From contig CBDVDH010000002.1 in assembly GCA_965372715.1 (NCBI GenBank), positions 1 through 64,000 of the forward strand: a stretch of DNA of 64,000 nucleotides, in the 5' to 3' direction. A program made the translations under genes and the position numbers. Each line of letters opens with the position of its first letter. The first letter of the stretch is position 1. The DNA is from an uncultured bacterium. Lineage in GTDB: Bacteria; B130-G9. The notes below the pieces were generated by a model that worked only from the letters and a program-made list of their open reading frames with translations, was not told where the DNA came from and did not search any database. This document shows positions 48,054 through 57,982 of this stretch, piece by piece.

Positions 48054-48252
48054 ACCATATTCAGATTGCGTCCTGGCACAGATTGGCATATATTTCGCAA
48101 TAGGCATTCAGGCGCCATTGTTCTGAACGAGCATTTAGGAGCGATGTGGGGAAAGTGATGCTAAGAGTCATTTACTTTGAGATTTGCTGTGGCGGCCCGG
48201 GACGATCAGATGAGATTCTGCGCCAACGTCCTTGGATGGGGATTGTGATTCG

Positions 48253-50268
48253 GTGACAGATTTCAACCTTGTATCTGACTTTGAGCCGACAGGGGACCAG
48301 CCTGAGGCGATAGACGCTTTGGTGTCGCGCGTTCAAGCCGGCGTTAGGGACAGCGTGCTCCTGGGCGTAACTGGCTCGGGCAAGACGTTCACGGTCGCCA
48401 ACCTCATAGAGCGCGTTAATCTGCCGACGCTGGTTCTCTCGCACAACAAGACCCTCGCTGCGCAGCTTTACAGCGAGTTCAAGGGGTTCTTCCCAGGCAA
48501 CGCGGTCGAGTATTTCGTGAGTTACTATGACTATTACCAGCCCGAGGCCTATATCCCGATGACCGATACCTACATCAAGAAAGATGCTGACATCAACGAG
48601 GAGATAGAGAGGCTTCGCTTTTCCACCACACGTTCGCTCTTCGAGCGGCGGGACGTGATCATCGTGGCCAGCGTGTCCTGTATCTATGGTCTGGGCTCGC
48701 CGGACGCCTACCTTGACATGATGCTCTTATTGGACCGAGGCAAGTCCTACCAAAGAGAGAAGATACTCGAGCAACTGGTCAAAGGGCACTACAAGCGCAA
48801 CGATACAACGCTCGTCCGAGGCTCGTTCCGCGTTCGTGGGGACGTGATAGAGATACTGCCGGTTTACGAGTCAAGGGCGATTCGGGTCGAGCTTTTTGGC
48901 GATGTGGTCGAGCGCATCACCTTCTTCGACCCGCTGACTGGGAAGGTCATCTCGCAGGCAGACCGCCTCGCCATATATCCCGGGAGCCATTACGTCGTTC
49001 AACCTCAGCGCGTCGAGCGGGCGATAGAGACGATCCTCGAGGAGCTTGAAGACCGACTCGATTACTTTGAGAAGCACGATAAGCTTCTCGAGGCGCAGAG
49101 GCTCAGGACCAGGACGATGTATGACATCGAGATGATACGCGAGGTGGGCTACTGCTCCGGCATCGAGAACTATTCGCGGCATTTCACGGATAGAAAGCCT
49201 GGTGAGCCGCCGCCAACGCTGCTCGATTACTTGCCTGACGACTTCCTGCTCGTGATCGACGAGTCTCACGCCACGGGGCCTCAGTTGCACGCCATGTATC
49301 GAGGCGATAGGTCGCGGAAGGAGACGCTGGTCACGCATGGCTTCCGCCTCCCCTCGGCGTTCGACAATCGGCCGCTTTATTTCGAGGAGTTCGACGCTCG
49401 ACGAGGCCCGACGATATACGTCTCGGCGACGCCGGCGGCTTCCGAGCTCGGCCTCGTGGACGGTGATGTTGTGGAGCAGGTCGTCCGCCCGACGGGGCTG
49501 TGCGACCCGGACGTCGATCTTCGGCCCGCAACGGGCCAGGTCGATCATCTTCTCGGCGAAATAAGAGAGCGGGTCGATAGGCGGCAGCGGGTCCTTGTGA
49601 CGGCGCTTACGAAGCGGATGGCTGAAGATCTGACCGACTATTACTGCGAGCTGGGCGTCCGGGCGAGATACTTGCACGCTGAGGTCAAGACGCTGGAGCG
49701 GACAGAGATAATCCGCGCGCTGCGAAGGGGCGAGTTCGACGTGCTCATCGGGATCAACCTTCTGCGCGAGGGCCTTGACCTGCCCGAAGTATCGCTGGTC
49801 GCCATTTTAAACGCCGACAAGGAGGGCTTTCTGCGCTCAACCACGTCTCTCATCCAGACAATGGGCCGTGCGGCGAGGAACATCGACGGTAAGGTCATTC
49901 TCTACGCTGACAAGCTCACCGATAGCATCAGGTCCGCCATCAACGAGACGAACCGGAGGAGACAGAAACAGCTCGAATACAATCGGGAGCACAACATCAC
50001 CCCGCAGACGATTCAGAAGAGGATAGCCGAGCCGATGAGCGCCGTCTTTGAGGCCGATTATTATACGATTCCGATCTTCAGGCCTGACGAAAGGGTACCC
50101 GAGCCCAAGAGTGACGAGGAGTTGGTCAAGTATATGAAGGAGCTGGAGCAAGAGATGATTCAGGCCGCCGAGAAGCTGGAGTTCGAGCGCGCGGCGAAGC
50201 TCCGGGACAAGCTCTTTGCCCTCCGCAAGCGGCATTCGAAAGCGTTGCAGGCGCTAGAGGTTCTATGA
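48253..50268 (+). CDS. uvrB: Excinuclease ABC subunit B
   Basis: [43 protein letters not shown] motifs and C-terminal UVR domain. Confidence 0.98.
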   Translation: MTDFNLVSDFEPTGDQPEAIDALVSRVQAGVRDSVLLGVTGSGKTFTVANLIERVNLPTLVLSHNKTLAAQLYSEFKGFFPGNAVEYFVSYYDYYQPEAYIPMTDTYIKKDADINEEIERLRFSTTRSLFERRDVIIVASVSCIYGLGSPDAYLDMMLLLDRGKSYQREKILEQLVKGHYKRNDTTLVRGSFRVRGDVIEILPVYESRAIRVELFGDVVERITFFDPLTGKVISQADRLAIYPGSHYVVQPQRVERAIETILEELEDRLDYFEKHDKLLEAQRLRTRTMYDIEMIREVGYCSGIENYSRHFTDRKPGEPPPTLLDYLPDDFLLVIDESHATGPQLHAMYRGDRSRKETLVTHGFRLPSAFDNRPLYFEEFDARRGPTIYVSATPAASELGLVDGDVVEQVVRPTGLCDPDVDLRPATGQVDHLLGEIRERVDRRQRVLVTALTKRMAEDLTDYYCELGVRARYLHAEVKTLERTEIIRALRRGEFDVLIGINLLREGLDLPEVSLVAILNADKEGFLRSTTSLIQTMGRAARNIDGKVILYADKLTDSIRSAINETNRRRQKQLEYNREHNITPQTIQKRIAEPMSAVFEADYYTIPIFRPDERVPEPKSDEELVKYMKELEQEMIQAAEKLEFERAAKLRDKLFALRKRHSKALQALEVL

Positions 50269-50281
50269 TAGATTACTCGAT

Positions 50282-50662
50282 ATGGCTGTTGACGTAGAAA
50301 AGCAGATAGCGTTCTGGCGCAGGGAAGCCGAAGAGGGTATTCAAGTAGCGCGAGAGAACTACGAGAACAAGAGATATCCCTTCGCGATGTTCTTGGCGCA
50401 TTTGGCCTTGGAGAAGATACTGAAAGCCTTAGTCGTGAGAGCGACGAAGGCAATTCCGCCGAGAATTCACAACCTCACCACGCTTGCGGAAAAGGCGAGG
50501 TTATCTCTTGACCAAGAGACGATGACGTTTCTCTCGGCCATGGACCACTATCAGATGGCAGGTAGGTATCCTGACCCGCGTAACCCGACGATCAGTCGAT
50601 TTGATGCTGAGAGGGACCTTGTGAAGACAGAGGAGATGGTGGAGTGGTTGATGAGTCAATAG
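50282..50662 (+). CDS. HEPN domain protein (module 1)
   Basis: AMFLAHLALEKILKAL, PPRIHNL and RYPD motifs. Confidence 0.88.
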   Translation: MAVDVEKQIAFWRREAEEGIQVARENYENKRYPFAMFLAHLALEKILKALVVRATKAIPPRIHNLTTLAEKARLSLDQETMTFLSAMDHYQMAGRYPDPRNPTISRFDAERDLVKTEEMVEWLMSQ

Positions 50663-50967
50663 TCGCGATTGTGAGGCGCTATCTCAGCTTACTAAAGGAA
50701 CGTGGTGTCCCTGCTTCTTTTGCCGTGCTTTTCGGCTCCTTTGCCAGGGGCGAGCAGCGCCCGGAGAGCGATGTTGACATTCTTGTTATTTCGAAGGAAT
50801 ACGACGAGGATTGGCAGCGTTGGAATAGGAAACTGTGGGAATTGAGATTCCTTGTGGATGCTCGCATCGAACCGACGCCGGTTGGTGAGCTCGAGTTTGA
50901 CAGAGATGACGTTTCCATCAGGATTGAAATGGCCAGAAGGGAAGGCATACGGATTAACCCATTGTAG
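50644..50967 (+). CDS. Minimal nucleotidyltransferase (MNT, module 1)
   Basis: LFGSFARGE---SDVD motif. Confidence 0.9.
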   Translation: MVDESIVAIVRRYLSLLKERGVPASFAVLFGSFARGEQRPESDVDILVISKEYDEDWQRWNRKLWELRFLVDARIEPTPVGELEFDRDDVSIRIEMARREGIRINPL

Positions 50968-50979
50968 CCATCTTGGGTG

Positions 50980-51129
50980 CATGCCGAGGAGTCCAGAGGT
51001 TCTTGGCAGCGACGAACTCCCGGGAGAAGGCCGGTTGACGGACGTCAGAGGGCGCCAGATCCATGTCGATACGGCGCGTGGTCATCTCCAAGACGCAAGG
51101 GGTTCTTTGAATGGTTGATCAAACTGTAG
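50980..51129 (+). pseudogene. Degenerate HEPN 3' remnant (module 2)
   Basis: DVRGRQIHVDTARGHL../FFEWLIKL* parallels EARGHEIQRSTA..LFECLTSQ* and EWLMSQ*; same 19-nt overlap with the downstream MNT. Confidence 0.65.
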
Positions 51130-51491
51130 TCTGCATCATCAAGAAGTATCTAGCGCTCTTGAATGAACATCAGATTCCCGCTTCTTATGCTGTGCTCTAT
51201 GGCTCATACGCCAGGGGCGACCAGCGTGCTGAAAGCGATATCGACGTTCTGATCGTTTCCGATGTGTTTGACAAAGACTGGCCGAGATGGAACCAGCTGC
51301 TCTGGGAAGCGACAATCTACGCTGATTATCGCATCGAGCCCATGCCTGTTACGCAGGACGAACTTGAGAGAGACGACATGTCAATGAACATTGAAATGGC
51401 GAGGCAAGAGGGCATCGTGATCTACCCCGACGACACCCCGGCGAGGAGGCTCGACGAATCGGGGATACTCCTCACAACGCGTGGTGCGTAG
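51111..51491 (+). CDS. MNT nucleotidyltransferase (module 2)
   Basis: LYGSYARGD---SDID motif. Confidence 0.9.
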   Translation: MVDQTVVCIIKKYLALLNEHQIPASYAVLYGSYARGDQRAESDIDVLIVSDVFDKDWPRWNQLLWEATIYADYRIEPMPVTQDELERDDMSMNIEMARQEGIVIYPDDTPARRLDESGILLTTRGA

Positions 51492-51625
51492 CACGGCGCT
51501 TGCCAGCTGTCGTATGCAGGTCGTCAACCATTAATAAGCCTGTGCTACGCTGCCTTTCCAGCCGACTATTGGTATGTATCTCACCGGTGTTGCTGGAACC
51601 ATGTGTCGCGTGATAGTCTTTGACT

Positions 51626-52006
51626 ATGGCAATCGATTTTGAAGAGCAAGCTTCCGGCATAATCGCTGATGCGAGGGAAGACCTCGATGCCGCGCAGAGC
51701 CTCCTTGATGTGGGGAAGCCTCGACACGGCATGTTCTACGCTCATCTTGCTCTAGAAAAGGTCCTGAAAGCGCTAGTCATGAAGGCCACTGGCGTTGCGC
51801 CTCCAAAGATTCATGATCTCAAGAGGTTGGCGAAATTGGTAGGCATAGGAATTGACCGGCGAACTGAGCAGTTCCTCGGCGCTATGAACTACTACCAGAT
51901 AGCGAGTAGGTATTTGGAGGCCCGGGGGCATGAGATTCAACGAAGCACCGCAAATTACGATTTCAGAAGAACAAAGGAGCTGTTCGAGTGTTTGACAAGT
52001 CAGTGA
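51626..52006 (+). CDS. HEPN domain protein (module 3)
   Basis: MFYAHLALEKVLKAL, PPKIHDL and SRY motifs. Confidence 0.88.
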   Translation: MAIDFEEQASGIIADAREDLDAAQSLLDVGKPRHGMFYAHLALEKVLKALVMKATGVAPPKIHDLKRLAKLVGIGIDRRTEQFLGAMNYYQIASRYLEARGHEIQRSTANYDFRRTKELFECLTSQ

Positions 52007-52371
52007 TATCCATCATTGAACAGTATCTAGCGGTGCTTTTGGATCACAGTATCCCGGTGGCATACGCGGTCCTTTTTGGGTCATTCGCCAGAGGAGAGCA
52101 ACATGCGGACAGCGATGTTGATCTGCTTGTCGTGTCAGATGCCTTCAACAAGGATTGGCACAAATGGAATCGAAAGCTCTGGGAGCTGACTGCCTATTCC
52201 GATGCAATGATCGAGCCGATACCAGTCACCGAAGACGAGCTGGCCAATGATGACTTATCCATTAGGATTGAAATGGCGAGGCGCGAGGGCATTGTGATCT
52301 ACCCTGACGATGAAATCCCGCCGACGAGGCTGGATGGATCGGGCATACTCCTCAAGACGCGTGGCAGCTGA
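51988..52371 (+). CDS. MNT nucleotidyltransferase (module 3)
   Basis: LFGSFARGE---SDVD motif. Confidence 0.9.
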   Translation: MFDKSVISIIEQYLAVLLDHSIPVAYAVLFGSFARGEQHADSDVDLLVVSDAFNKDWHKWNRKLWELTAYSDAMIEPIPVTEDELANDDLSIRIEMARREGIVIYPDDEIPPTRLDGSGILLKTRGS

Positions 52372-52443
52372 GAAGAGCAACCTTCGAGGGGTGGTTCGCG
52401 GTCAGAGATTCGCGAACGGTGAATTCGCACTTGAGCAGGGACG

Positions 52444-54303
52444 ATGAAGCAAGATTCGCTCCCAGGCAGCATCTTTGCGGACAAGCTCACGGACCTCCCT
52501 GCCCTGCCAGGCGTCTATATCATGAGGGACGCCGAGTGTAACGTCATCTACGTAGGGAAGGCCAAGAACCTCAGGCGTCGGCTCAAGAGCTACCTCCACC
52601 CTGAGCGTGGCGGCGCGAAAGTCAAAGCCCTCATTCAAAAGGTTCACGACGTTGATTACATCGTGACCGCGAACGAGCTTGAGGCGCTGATACTCGAGAG
52701 CAACCTCGTCAAGGAGAAAAAGCCGCGATACAACATCGAGCTGAAGGACGATAAGCAGTATCCGTATCTCAAAGTCACGAGCGAGGCATTCCCCAGGCTC
52801 CAGATCGTCCGCCGATTCAAGAAGGACGGCGCACGCTATTTTGGTCCGTTCGTCCCGACGCGCGCGATGCGAACGACGCTGAAGCTGATCTACAAGATAT
52901 TCAAGGTCAGAAGCTGCAAACGCGAGCTGCCCACCACCCGCAAGGACGTCCCGTGCCTCAACTACCAGATGCACCGCTGCCTCGCCCCGTGCATCGGCGA
53001 GGTCTCCGCCGAGGATTATGCCGCGATGATCTCGCGGGTTGTCATGTTCCTCGATGGTAAGAGCAAAGAGCTGGTGGAGGACCTAGCCGCGAAGATGAGC
53101 CAGGCGGCAAAGAGCCTCGAATACGAGAGCGCCACGGTGCTTAGGGACCAGATCGACGCCATCGAGCAGGTGCAGGTCAAGCAGACGATCACGATCCCCG
53201 AATACGGCGACAAGGACATCATCGGCGTGGCGCTTTCGGACCGCGCCGCTGTGACGCTGGTCTTCTTCCTGCGCGGCGGGCTGATCAAAGGCCGAGAGGA
53301 GTTTGTGTTCAACCGCCTCATTGAGCTCTCGAAGGCCGAGATTGCGTCCGGCTTCGTCAAGCAGTATTACTTGACCCGCCCGGCGCCCATCCCGGATGAG
53401 ATACTCGTCCCATTTCAAATTGTTGACCAAGAACTAGTCGCAGAATCGCTTTCCAAAAAGCAATGCAGAAAGATAACGATAGCCGTGCCTCAGCGAGGCT
53501 CGAGGCGAAGCCTGATGCAAATGGCAACGCAAAACGCCAAGCTGTTTCTCGAGGCGCAGCTTGACGACGTGGCGACCGGCTCAGGACGTGCTGTCCCAGT
53601 TGGCGCGATCGACCTCGGCCGAAAACTTGCGCTTGAGAAGCGGCTCTCGCGGGTCGATGTCTTCGACAACTCGACGCTCTTCGGTTCGTGGGGCGTCGGC
53701 GCCATGGTCGTCTGGCAGGAAGGCCGCCTCGAGAAGAGCGAATACCGTCGCTACACGATAAGATCGGACACAGTCGTCGATGACGTCGGCATGATGCGCG
53801 AGGTCCTGACGCGCCGCTACTCCCGCGCCCAGTCTGAGCAACTGCGCCTCCCCGAAATCGTCCTGATCGACGGCGGCAAGGCTCAGGTGAACGTCGCCGC
53901 GCGGGTCCTCGCTGATCTCGAACTCGACCAGATTAAGGTGCTCGGCATTGCCAAGTCGCGGGGTAGGGAAGAGGTCCCCGACGACATCATCTACGTCCAC
54001 GGTCAGAGCGAGCCGCTCGACCTGAAGCCCGCCCCCGAGGCGCTGCTATTCCTCAAGAAGCTGCGGGACGAGGCGCACCGCTTCGCCATCGCGTTCCACA
54101 GGGGCAAGCGCCTCGAATCGACCCTCAAATCCAGCCTCCTCACCGTGCCCGGCATCGGCGAAAAGCGCCTCAAGCGCCTCCTCCGCAACTTCGGCAGCCT
54201 CCGCGCCCTCCGCGCCGCCTCCCTCGCCGATCTCGAGGCCTCAAAGGCTCTGGACAAGCCGACCGCCCGGCGTCTTTACAACTTCTTGCATATCAGTTTC
54301 TGA
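52444..54303 (+). CDS. uvrC: Excinuclease ABC subunit C
   Basis: PGVY, IYVGKAKNL, PRYN, LIDGGKAQ, RDEAHRFA and C-terminal HhH motifs. Confidence 0.96.
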   Translation: MKQDSLPGSIFADKLTDLPALPGVYIMRDAECNVIYVGKAKNLRRRLKSYLHPERGGAKVKALIQKVHDVDYIVTANELEALILESNLVKEKKPRYNIELKDDKQYPYLKVTSEAFPRLQIVRRFKKDGARYFGPFVPTRAMRTTLKLIYKIFKVRSCKRELPTTRKDVPCLNYQMHRCLAPCIGEVSAEDYAAMISRVVMFLDGKSKELVEDLAAKMSQAAKSLEYESATVLRDQIDAIEQVQVKQTITIPEYGDKDIIGVALSDRAAVTLVFFLRGGLIKGREEFVFNRLIELSKAEIASGFVKQYYLTRPAPIPDEILVPFQIVDQELVAESLSKKQCRKITIAVPQRGSRRSLMQMATQNAKLFLEAQLDDVATGSGRAVPVGAIDLGRKLALEKRLSRVDVFDNSTLFGSWGVGAMVVWQEGRLEKSEYRRYTIRSDTVVDDVGMMREVLTRRYSRAQSEQLRLPEIVLIDGGKAQVNVAARVLADLELDQIKVLGIAKSRGREEVPDDIIYVHGQSEPLDLKPAPEALLFLKKLRDEAHRFAIAFHRGKRLESTLKSSLLTVPGIGEKRLKRLLRNFGSLRALRAASLADLEASKALDKPTARRLYNFLHISF

Positions 54304-54330
54304 CACGGTGTCTGCGTGGGGCAGGATTCG

Positions 54331-54358
54331 TTGACAGGGCGTTGTTATCGACTACATT
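54331..54358 (+). promoter_or_regulatory. Putative sigma70 promoter
   Basis: TTGACA-16nt-TACATT. Confidence 0.45.
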
Positions 54359-54411
54359 GTGCCATACATCTCTGGACATGAACGTCCAGAACATGAATGG
54401 GAGAACAGGAC

Positions 54412-54607
54412 ATGAAGATCACGGCAAAGTTCGCGATGATGGATCAGATGCGCCGGTCGTCTCGTTCCGTGTGTCCGAACACAACCAAAGCACTGCTGCG
54501 GTTACGTCAATTCGCAGGCTCAGAGCGAGCTCGATTCGGCTTACGATGAGGTTATCGGTCAATTGGTGCGAATGATCCAGGAAGCAGACAAATGGCTCAT
54601 CAGATAA
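54412..54607 (+). pseudogene. Internally deleted four-helix-bundle (23S IVS-protein family) gene
   Basis: DQMRRSSRSVCPN in one frame, then CGYVNSQAQSELDSAYDEVIGQLVRMIQEADKWLIR* in another. Confidence 0.7.
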
Positions 54608-54677
54608 TGCCCGTTTCCCCGCTTCCCACAAGGTGTGGTATGATCAGACCGTTACTAGAACTGGAGGTGAATGATCA

Positions 54678-55895
54678 ATGGCTATGATTGAGGGATTGAA
54701 GGTCCAGAACTTCGGCGTCCTCAAGGACATAACGATTGGCAAGCTTTGGAACCTGCAGAAGGCTGCGCCGTTGACTCCGCTGGCTGCTGTTATCGGGAAG
54801 AACGGGGTCGGCAAGAGCACTCTGTTCGATGCCTTCGGGTTTCTGGCCGACGCGCTGAAGGTTGGTGTTGAGGAAGCTTGCGATGCCAAGCAACGTGGAG
54901 GTTTTGACCGAATTGTCTCCAAGGGGGCGAATGAGCCGATCCGATTTAACGTTCACTTCAGAGAGGCGCCCAAGGAGCGGCCTATCACATACGAGCTGGG
55001 CATCGGGAGGGACGACAAGGGACGTCCATACGTAGAGTCCGAACGTCTTCGACAACGGAGAAAAAACCAGAAAACGGGATGGCCCTTTTCTTTCCTTGAC
55101 CTTCAAAACGGCAGGGGTTCAGCGTGGAAAGGGATGAGTTACGGCGACGAGCAATCCGAGAAGCTCAATGTGGAGCTTACCGACAATCGCCATCTGGCGA
55201 TTGGAACCTACGGAGCTTTGAAGGAGCACCCCCGAATATCTGTCTTCCGAAGCTTTCTCGAAGACTGGTATCTGAGTTACTTCACACCGGATGCCGCCAG
55301 GAGCTTGCCAATGGCAGGACCTCAGAAGCACCTGACTATCCATGGGGACAATCTGGGCAATGTGGTTCAGTACATGGAAAGGGATCATAAGGACATGTTC
55401 CAGGCCATTTTGGACCGGATTGCAGGGAAGATCCCAGGGATCAATAAAATCGACACGAAAAGGACGGATGATGGTCGTCTGCTTGTGCGCTTCAACGACA
55501 AGGGATTCCGGGACCCCTTCTTTGCTCAACAAATGTCTGATGGCACCCTGAAGTTCTTTGCCTATATGCTGCTGCTTGAAGATCCAGAGCCGCCACCGTT
55601 TATCTGCATCGAAGAACCGGAAAACGGGTTGTACCATAAGCTCATGGAGTCCTTGGCCCAAGAGTTCCGAGCACACGCCACAGGCAAGAAGAATGCACCA
55701 CAAATCTTTGTGACCACCCATCAGCCCTATTTCGTGGATGCTCTGTCTCCTGATGAGACATGGATTCTGGAGAAAGGACCGGATGGTTTTGCCAAGATTA
55801 AACGGGCCAGTGACGACCCAATCGTCAGAAGCATGGTGGCTGAGGGCTTGCCGCTGGGTAGTCTCTGGTACAGCGACTATTTGGATGCAAGGTGA
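54678..55895 (+). CDS. ABC-like AAA ATPase (AAA_21 type)
   Basis: GKNGVGKST, MSDGTLK, IEEPENGL and TTHQP motifs. Confidence 0.9.
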   Translation: MAMIEGLKVQNFGVLKDITIGKLWNLQKAAPLTPLAAVIGKNGVGKSTLFDAFGFLADALKVGVEEACDAKQRGGFDRIVSKGANEPIRFNVHFREAPKERPITYELGIGRDDKGRPYVESERLRQRRKNQKTGWPFSFLDLQNGRGSAWKGMSYGDEQSEKLNVELTDNRHLAIGTYGALKEHPRISVFRSFLEDWYLSYFTPDAARSLPMAGPQKHLTIHGDNLGNVVQYMERDHKDMFQAILDRIAGKIPGINKIDTKRTDDGRLLVRFNDKGFRDPFFAQQMSDGTLKFFAYMLLLEDPEPPPFICIEEPENGLYHKLMESLAQEFRAHATGKKNAPQIFVTTHQPYFVDALSPDETWILEKGPDGFAKIKRASDDPIVRSMVAEGLPLGSLWYSDYLDAR

Positions 55896-56563
55896 GCCGG
55901 ATGCATTTTGAGATCCTCGTGGAAGACGCATCTGGGCGAATCGCCTTAGAATCTATTCTGGAGAAGATTCTTGGACCGAACGGACAAGAGCATTCCTACA
56001 AGCTGCATTCTTACAAAGGCATTGGCCGTATCCCCTCGAATCTGACACGGAGAGTCGATCCAAAGAAGAGGTTTCTGCTGGATCAACTGCCGCGTTTGCT
56101 CCGTGGGTATGGCAGGAGCTTGCAGCACTTCCCGGCGGCTGTGGTTGTTGTCGTAGATCTGGATGACCGGGACTGTCTGACGTTTAAGCAGGAAATGCTT
56201 GCTGTCCTCGACGCCTGCGCCCCCAAACCTAGAACGTTATTCAGAATCGCCGTCGAGGAATGCGAGGCCTGGCTTCTCGGGGACCTGGAAGCAATTAAAT
56301 CCGCTTATCCCGGTGCAAACGACAGTGTTCTCAACAGCTATGTTCAAGATAGCATTTGCGGGACATGGGAAAGAGTCGCGGATGCCATCTATCCCGGTGG
56401 TTCAAGGAAGCTGCAGAAGTTGGGCTGGCCGCACACGGGGCAGGCCAAGTGTCAATGGGCGAAGAGAATCACGCCATTTATGGATATTGATCGGAACCGT
56501 TCAAAGAGATTCCAAGTTTTTCGCGATGGGGTAAGCGAATTGGCGCGTACGGCTTCTCCATGA
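55892..56563 (+). CDS. DUF4276-like (TOPRIM/RloB-like) protein
   Basis: EILVED, VVDLDDRDC, EECEAWLLGD and NRS-F motifs; coupled to the ATPase. Confidence 0.75.
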   Translation: MSRMHFEILVEDASGRIALESILEKILGPNGQEHSYKLHSYKGIGRIPSNLTRRVDPKKRFLLDQLPRLLRGYGRSLQHFPAAVVVVVDLDDRDCLTFKQEMLAVLDACAPKPRTLFRIAVEECEAWLLGDLEAIKSAYPGANDSVLNSYVQDSICGTWERVADAIYPGGSRKLQKLGWPHTGQAKCQWAKRITPFMDIDRNRSKRFQVFRDGVSELARTASP

Positions 56564-56881
56564 ATGCTGGGAGTGGTGGTTTAGCACCGAGCATCTCCAG
56601 CTCTGCCGGGTAATCGAGGCGGAGACGTCATGGGGAGAGACGGTCTGTCGTGTCTGGCTTCCTGACCAAGATGCCGTCGTTCGTGTTCGCTCCGACCAGC
56701 AAAGCCGTTGGATGAGGGCCTCAACAGCCAGCATATCTGCTACGTTGCAGCGGGGGCGAAGGCGGCGGATGCCCTGACGCAGGGCGAGACGCTCGAGGAG
56801 GCCCGGCAGAACCTGATCGATGCGGTCCGGATGATGCAGGAACCTGAAGGGCCAAGCGCTTGTGGTGACGGGCGGGTCTGA
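56560..56881 (+). pseudogene. Chimeric remnant: probable SNF2-type helicase N-terminus joined to HicB C-part
   Basis: Read across frameshifts: EWWFSTEHLQLCRVIEAETSWGETVCRVWLPDQDAVVRV..ICYVAAGAKAADALTQ, then GETLEEARQNLIDAVRMM (HicB motif). Confidence 0.6.
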
Positions 56882-56895
56882 GACCGCGCCCCTAC
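56870..56895 (-). repeat. GTAG-type REP-like hairpin
   Basis: Reverse complement gtaggggcgcggtctcagacccgccc. Confidence 0.6.
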
Positions 56896-56974
56896 AGTCC
56901 TATTGCGCCTTCTCTTCTGCGGACTCGACAGCACGATTGCGGGGATGGTGGGGCCGAAACCCCGGCGGCGGGCG

Positions 56975-57982
56975 CTATTTGGGCGGTGGCCTTTTGGGCT
57001 TTATGGGGAGCTTGGCTTTTTTCTCGGGCTTTTCATCCTCGATGCCGAGCACTTGCCTGTAGGGCTTCGTCATCTTCTCGATCTGATACTTGCTGATGTA
57101 GAACACCGTCTCCTTGCCCTCGCGCTGGACGAAGAACTGGGCCTTACTCCGTTCGCCGCAGACTTTCAGCGTATGTACCTCGTCATCATCCGTGGTCGCA
57201 GCAATCGTCCACCTCGGCTTGTCGAGCTCAAACTTGTCCTTGTCCTTCTCCTCAGCAAAGCCGGACACGCGAAGCTTGGCGAAGCCTGAGGCGGCCCGCT
57301 TCATGTCCTCGGTGTCGAACTCCTTGCCGGTCGGCTCGATCGTGCTCCAGGTGCCCTGCTCGCTCTTCTCGAACGACGCGGCGCCCTCCTCGCCCGTGAC
57401 CGAGTACTTGACGATCTTCGTCTCGTCCATGTCGAAGAGGAGCTTCTCCCGCCAGTCGCCGCCAGGACGCTTGAACATATATGACAGCATCTTCCGCACG
57501 AGGCGCACCTCGTTCGAGCCGGCGAGACGGATATTGGTGCTGAAGAAGTCCTGACCCGCCTTTCCGACGAAGAAGTCGGCGAGCACATTCTCGTCCTTGT
57601 CGAGAACGGTTACCTCCGTTCCCGTTATCTCGTCAACCTCGTAAAGCGTCTGCTTCTCTGGATTGCGCGAGACTACCGTTCCTCTGTCCATTGTCTCGAT
57701 TGCCTCGAGCATGCGCTCAACGGCCTTCGCGTCCGCGGGGTAGTTGTCCTTGTCGGGGACGACCCAGGCCCCGGTATCGTCCCTGGCAAGCTGCGCCTCA
57801 GTTCCGAGGGACTTGATCTTGATGGCAGCGATGTCATCAGCTTTGAGCGACGGGAAGAGCTTGGCCTGCTCGGATTCTGCGGGCGGGCGCTCGGGTGGCT
57901 TCTTCGACTCGTGTGCGATATAGGCGACGATTGACAGGACAACGAGGACAACGAGTAGAACGTATATTTGCTTTGCGCGCAC
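56975..57982 (-). CDS. DUF4340 domain protein
   Basis: N-terminal TM; W-VP--NYPAD and DWREK-LF motifs; follows the GldG-like gene. Confidence 0.8.
   Translation of the reverse strand: MRAKQIYVLLVVLVVLSIVAYIAHESKKPPERPPAESEQAKLFPSLKADDIAAIKIKSLGTEAQLARDDTGAWVVPDKDNYPADAKAVERMLEAIETMDRGTVVSRNPEKQTLYEVDEITGTEVTVLDKDENVLADFFVGKAGQDFFSTNIRLAGSNEVRLVRKMLSYMFKRPGGDWREKLLFDMDETKIVKYSVTGEEGAASFEKSEQGTWSTIEPTGKEFDTEDMKRAASGFAKLRVSGFAEEKDKDKFELDKPRWTIAATTDDDEVHTLKVCGERSKAQFFVQREGKETVFYISKYQIEKMTKPYRQVLGIEDEKPEKKAKLPIKPKRPPPK

Noticed and set aside
47836-48126. 96-aa plus-strand ORF upstream of uvrB
   Set aside because: No motifs or clear RBS, and it overlaps a palindromic repeat element.
48871-49677. 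268-aa minus-strand ORF
   Set aside because: Antisense shadow of uvrB.
50282-52371. Integron cassette array
   Set aside because: No integrase and no recognisable attC-like sites between the modules.
55119-55931. 270-aa minus-strand ORF
   Set aside because: Antisense shadow of the AAA ATPase.
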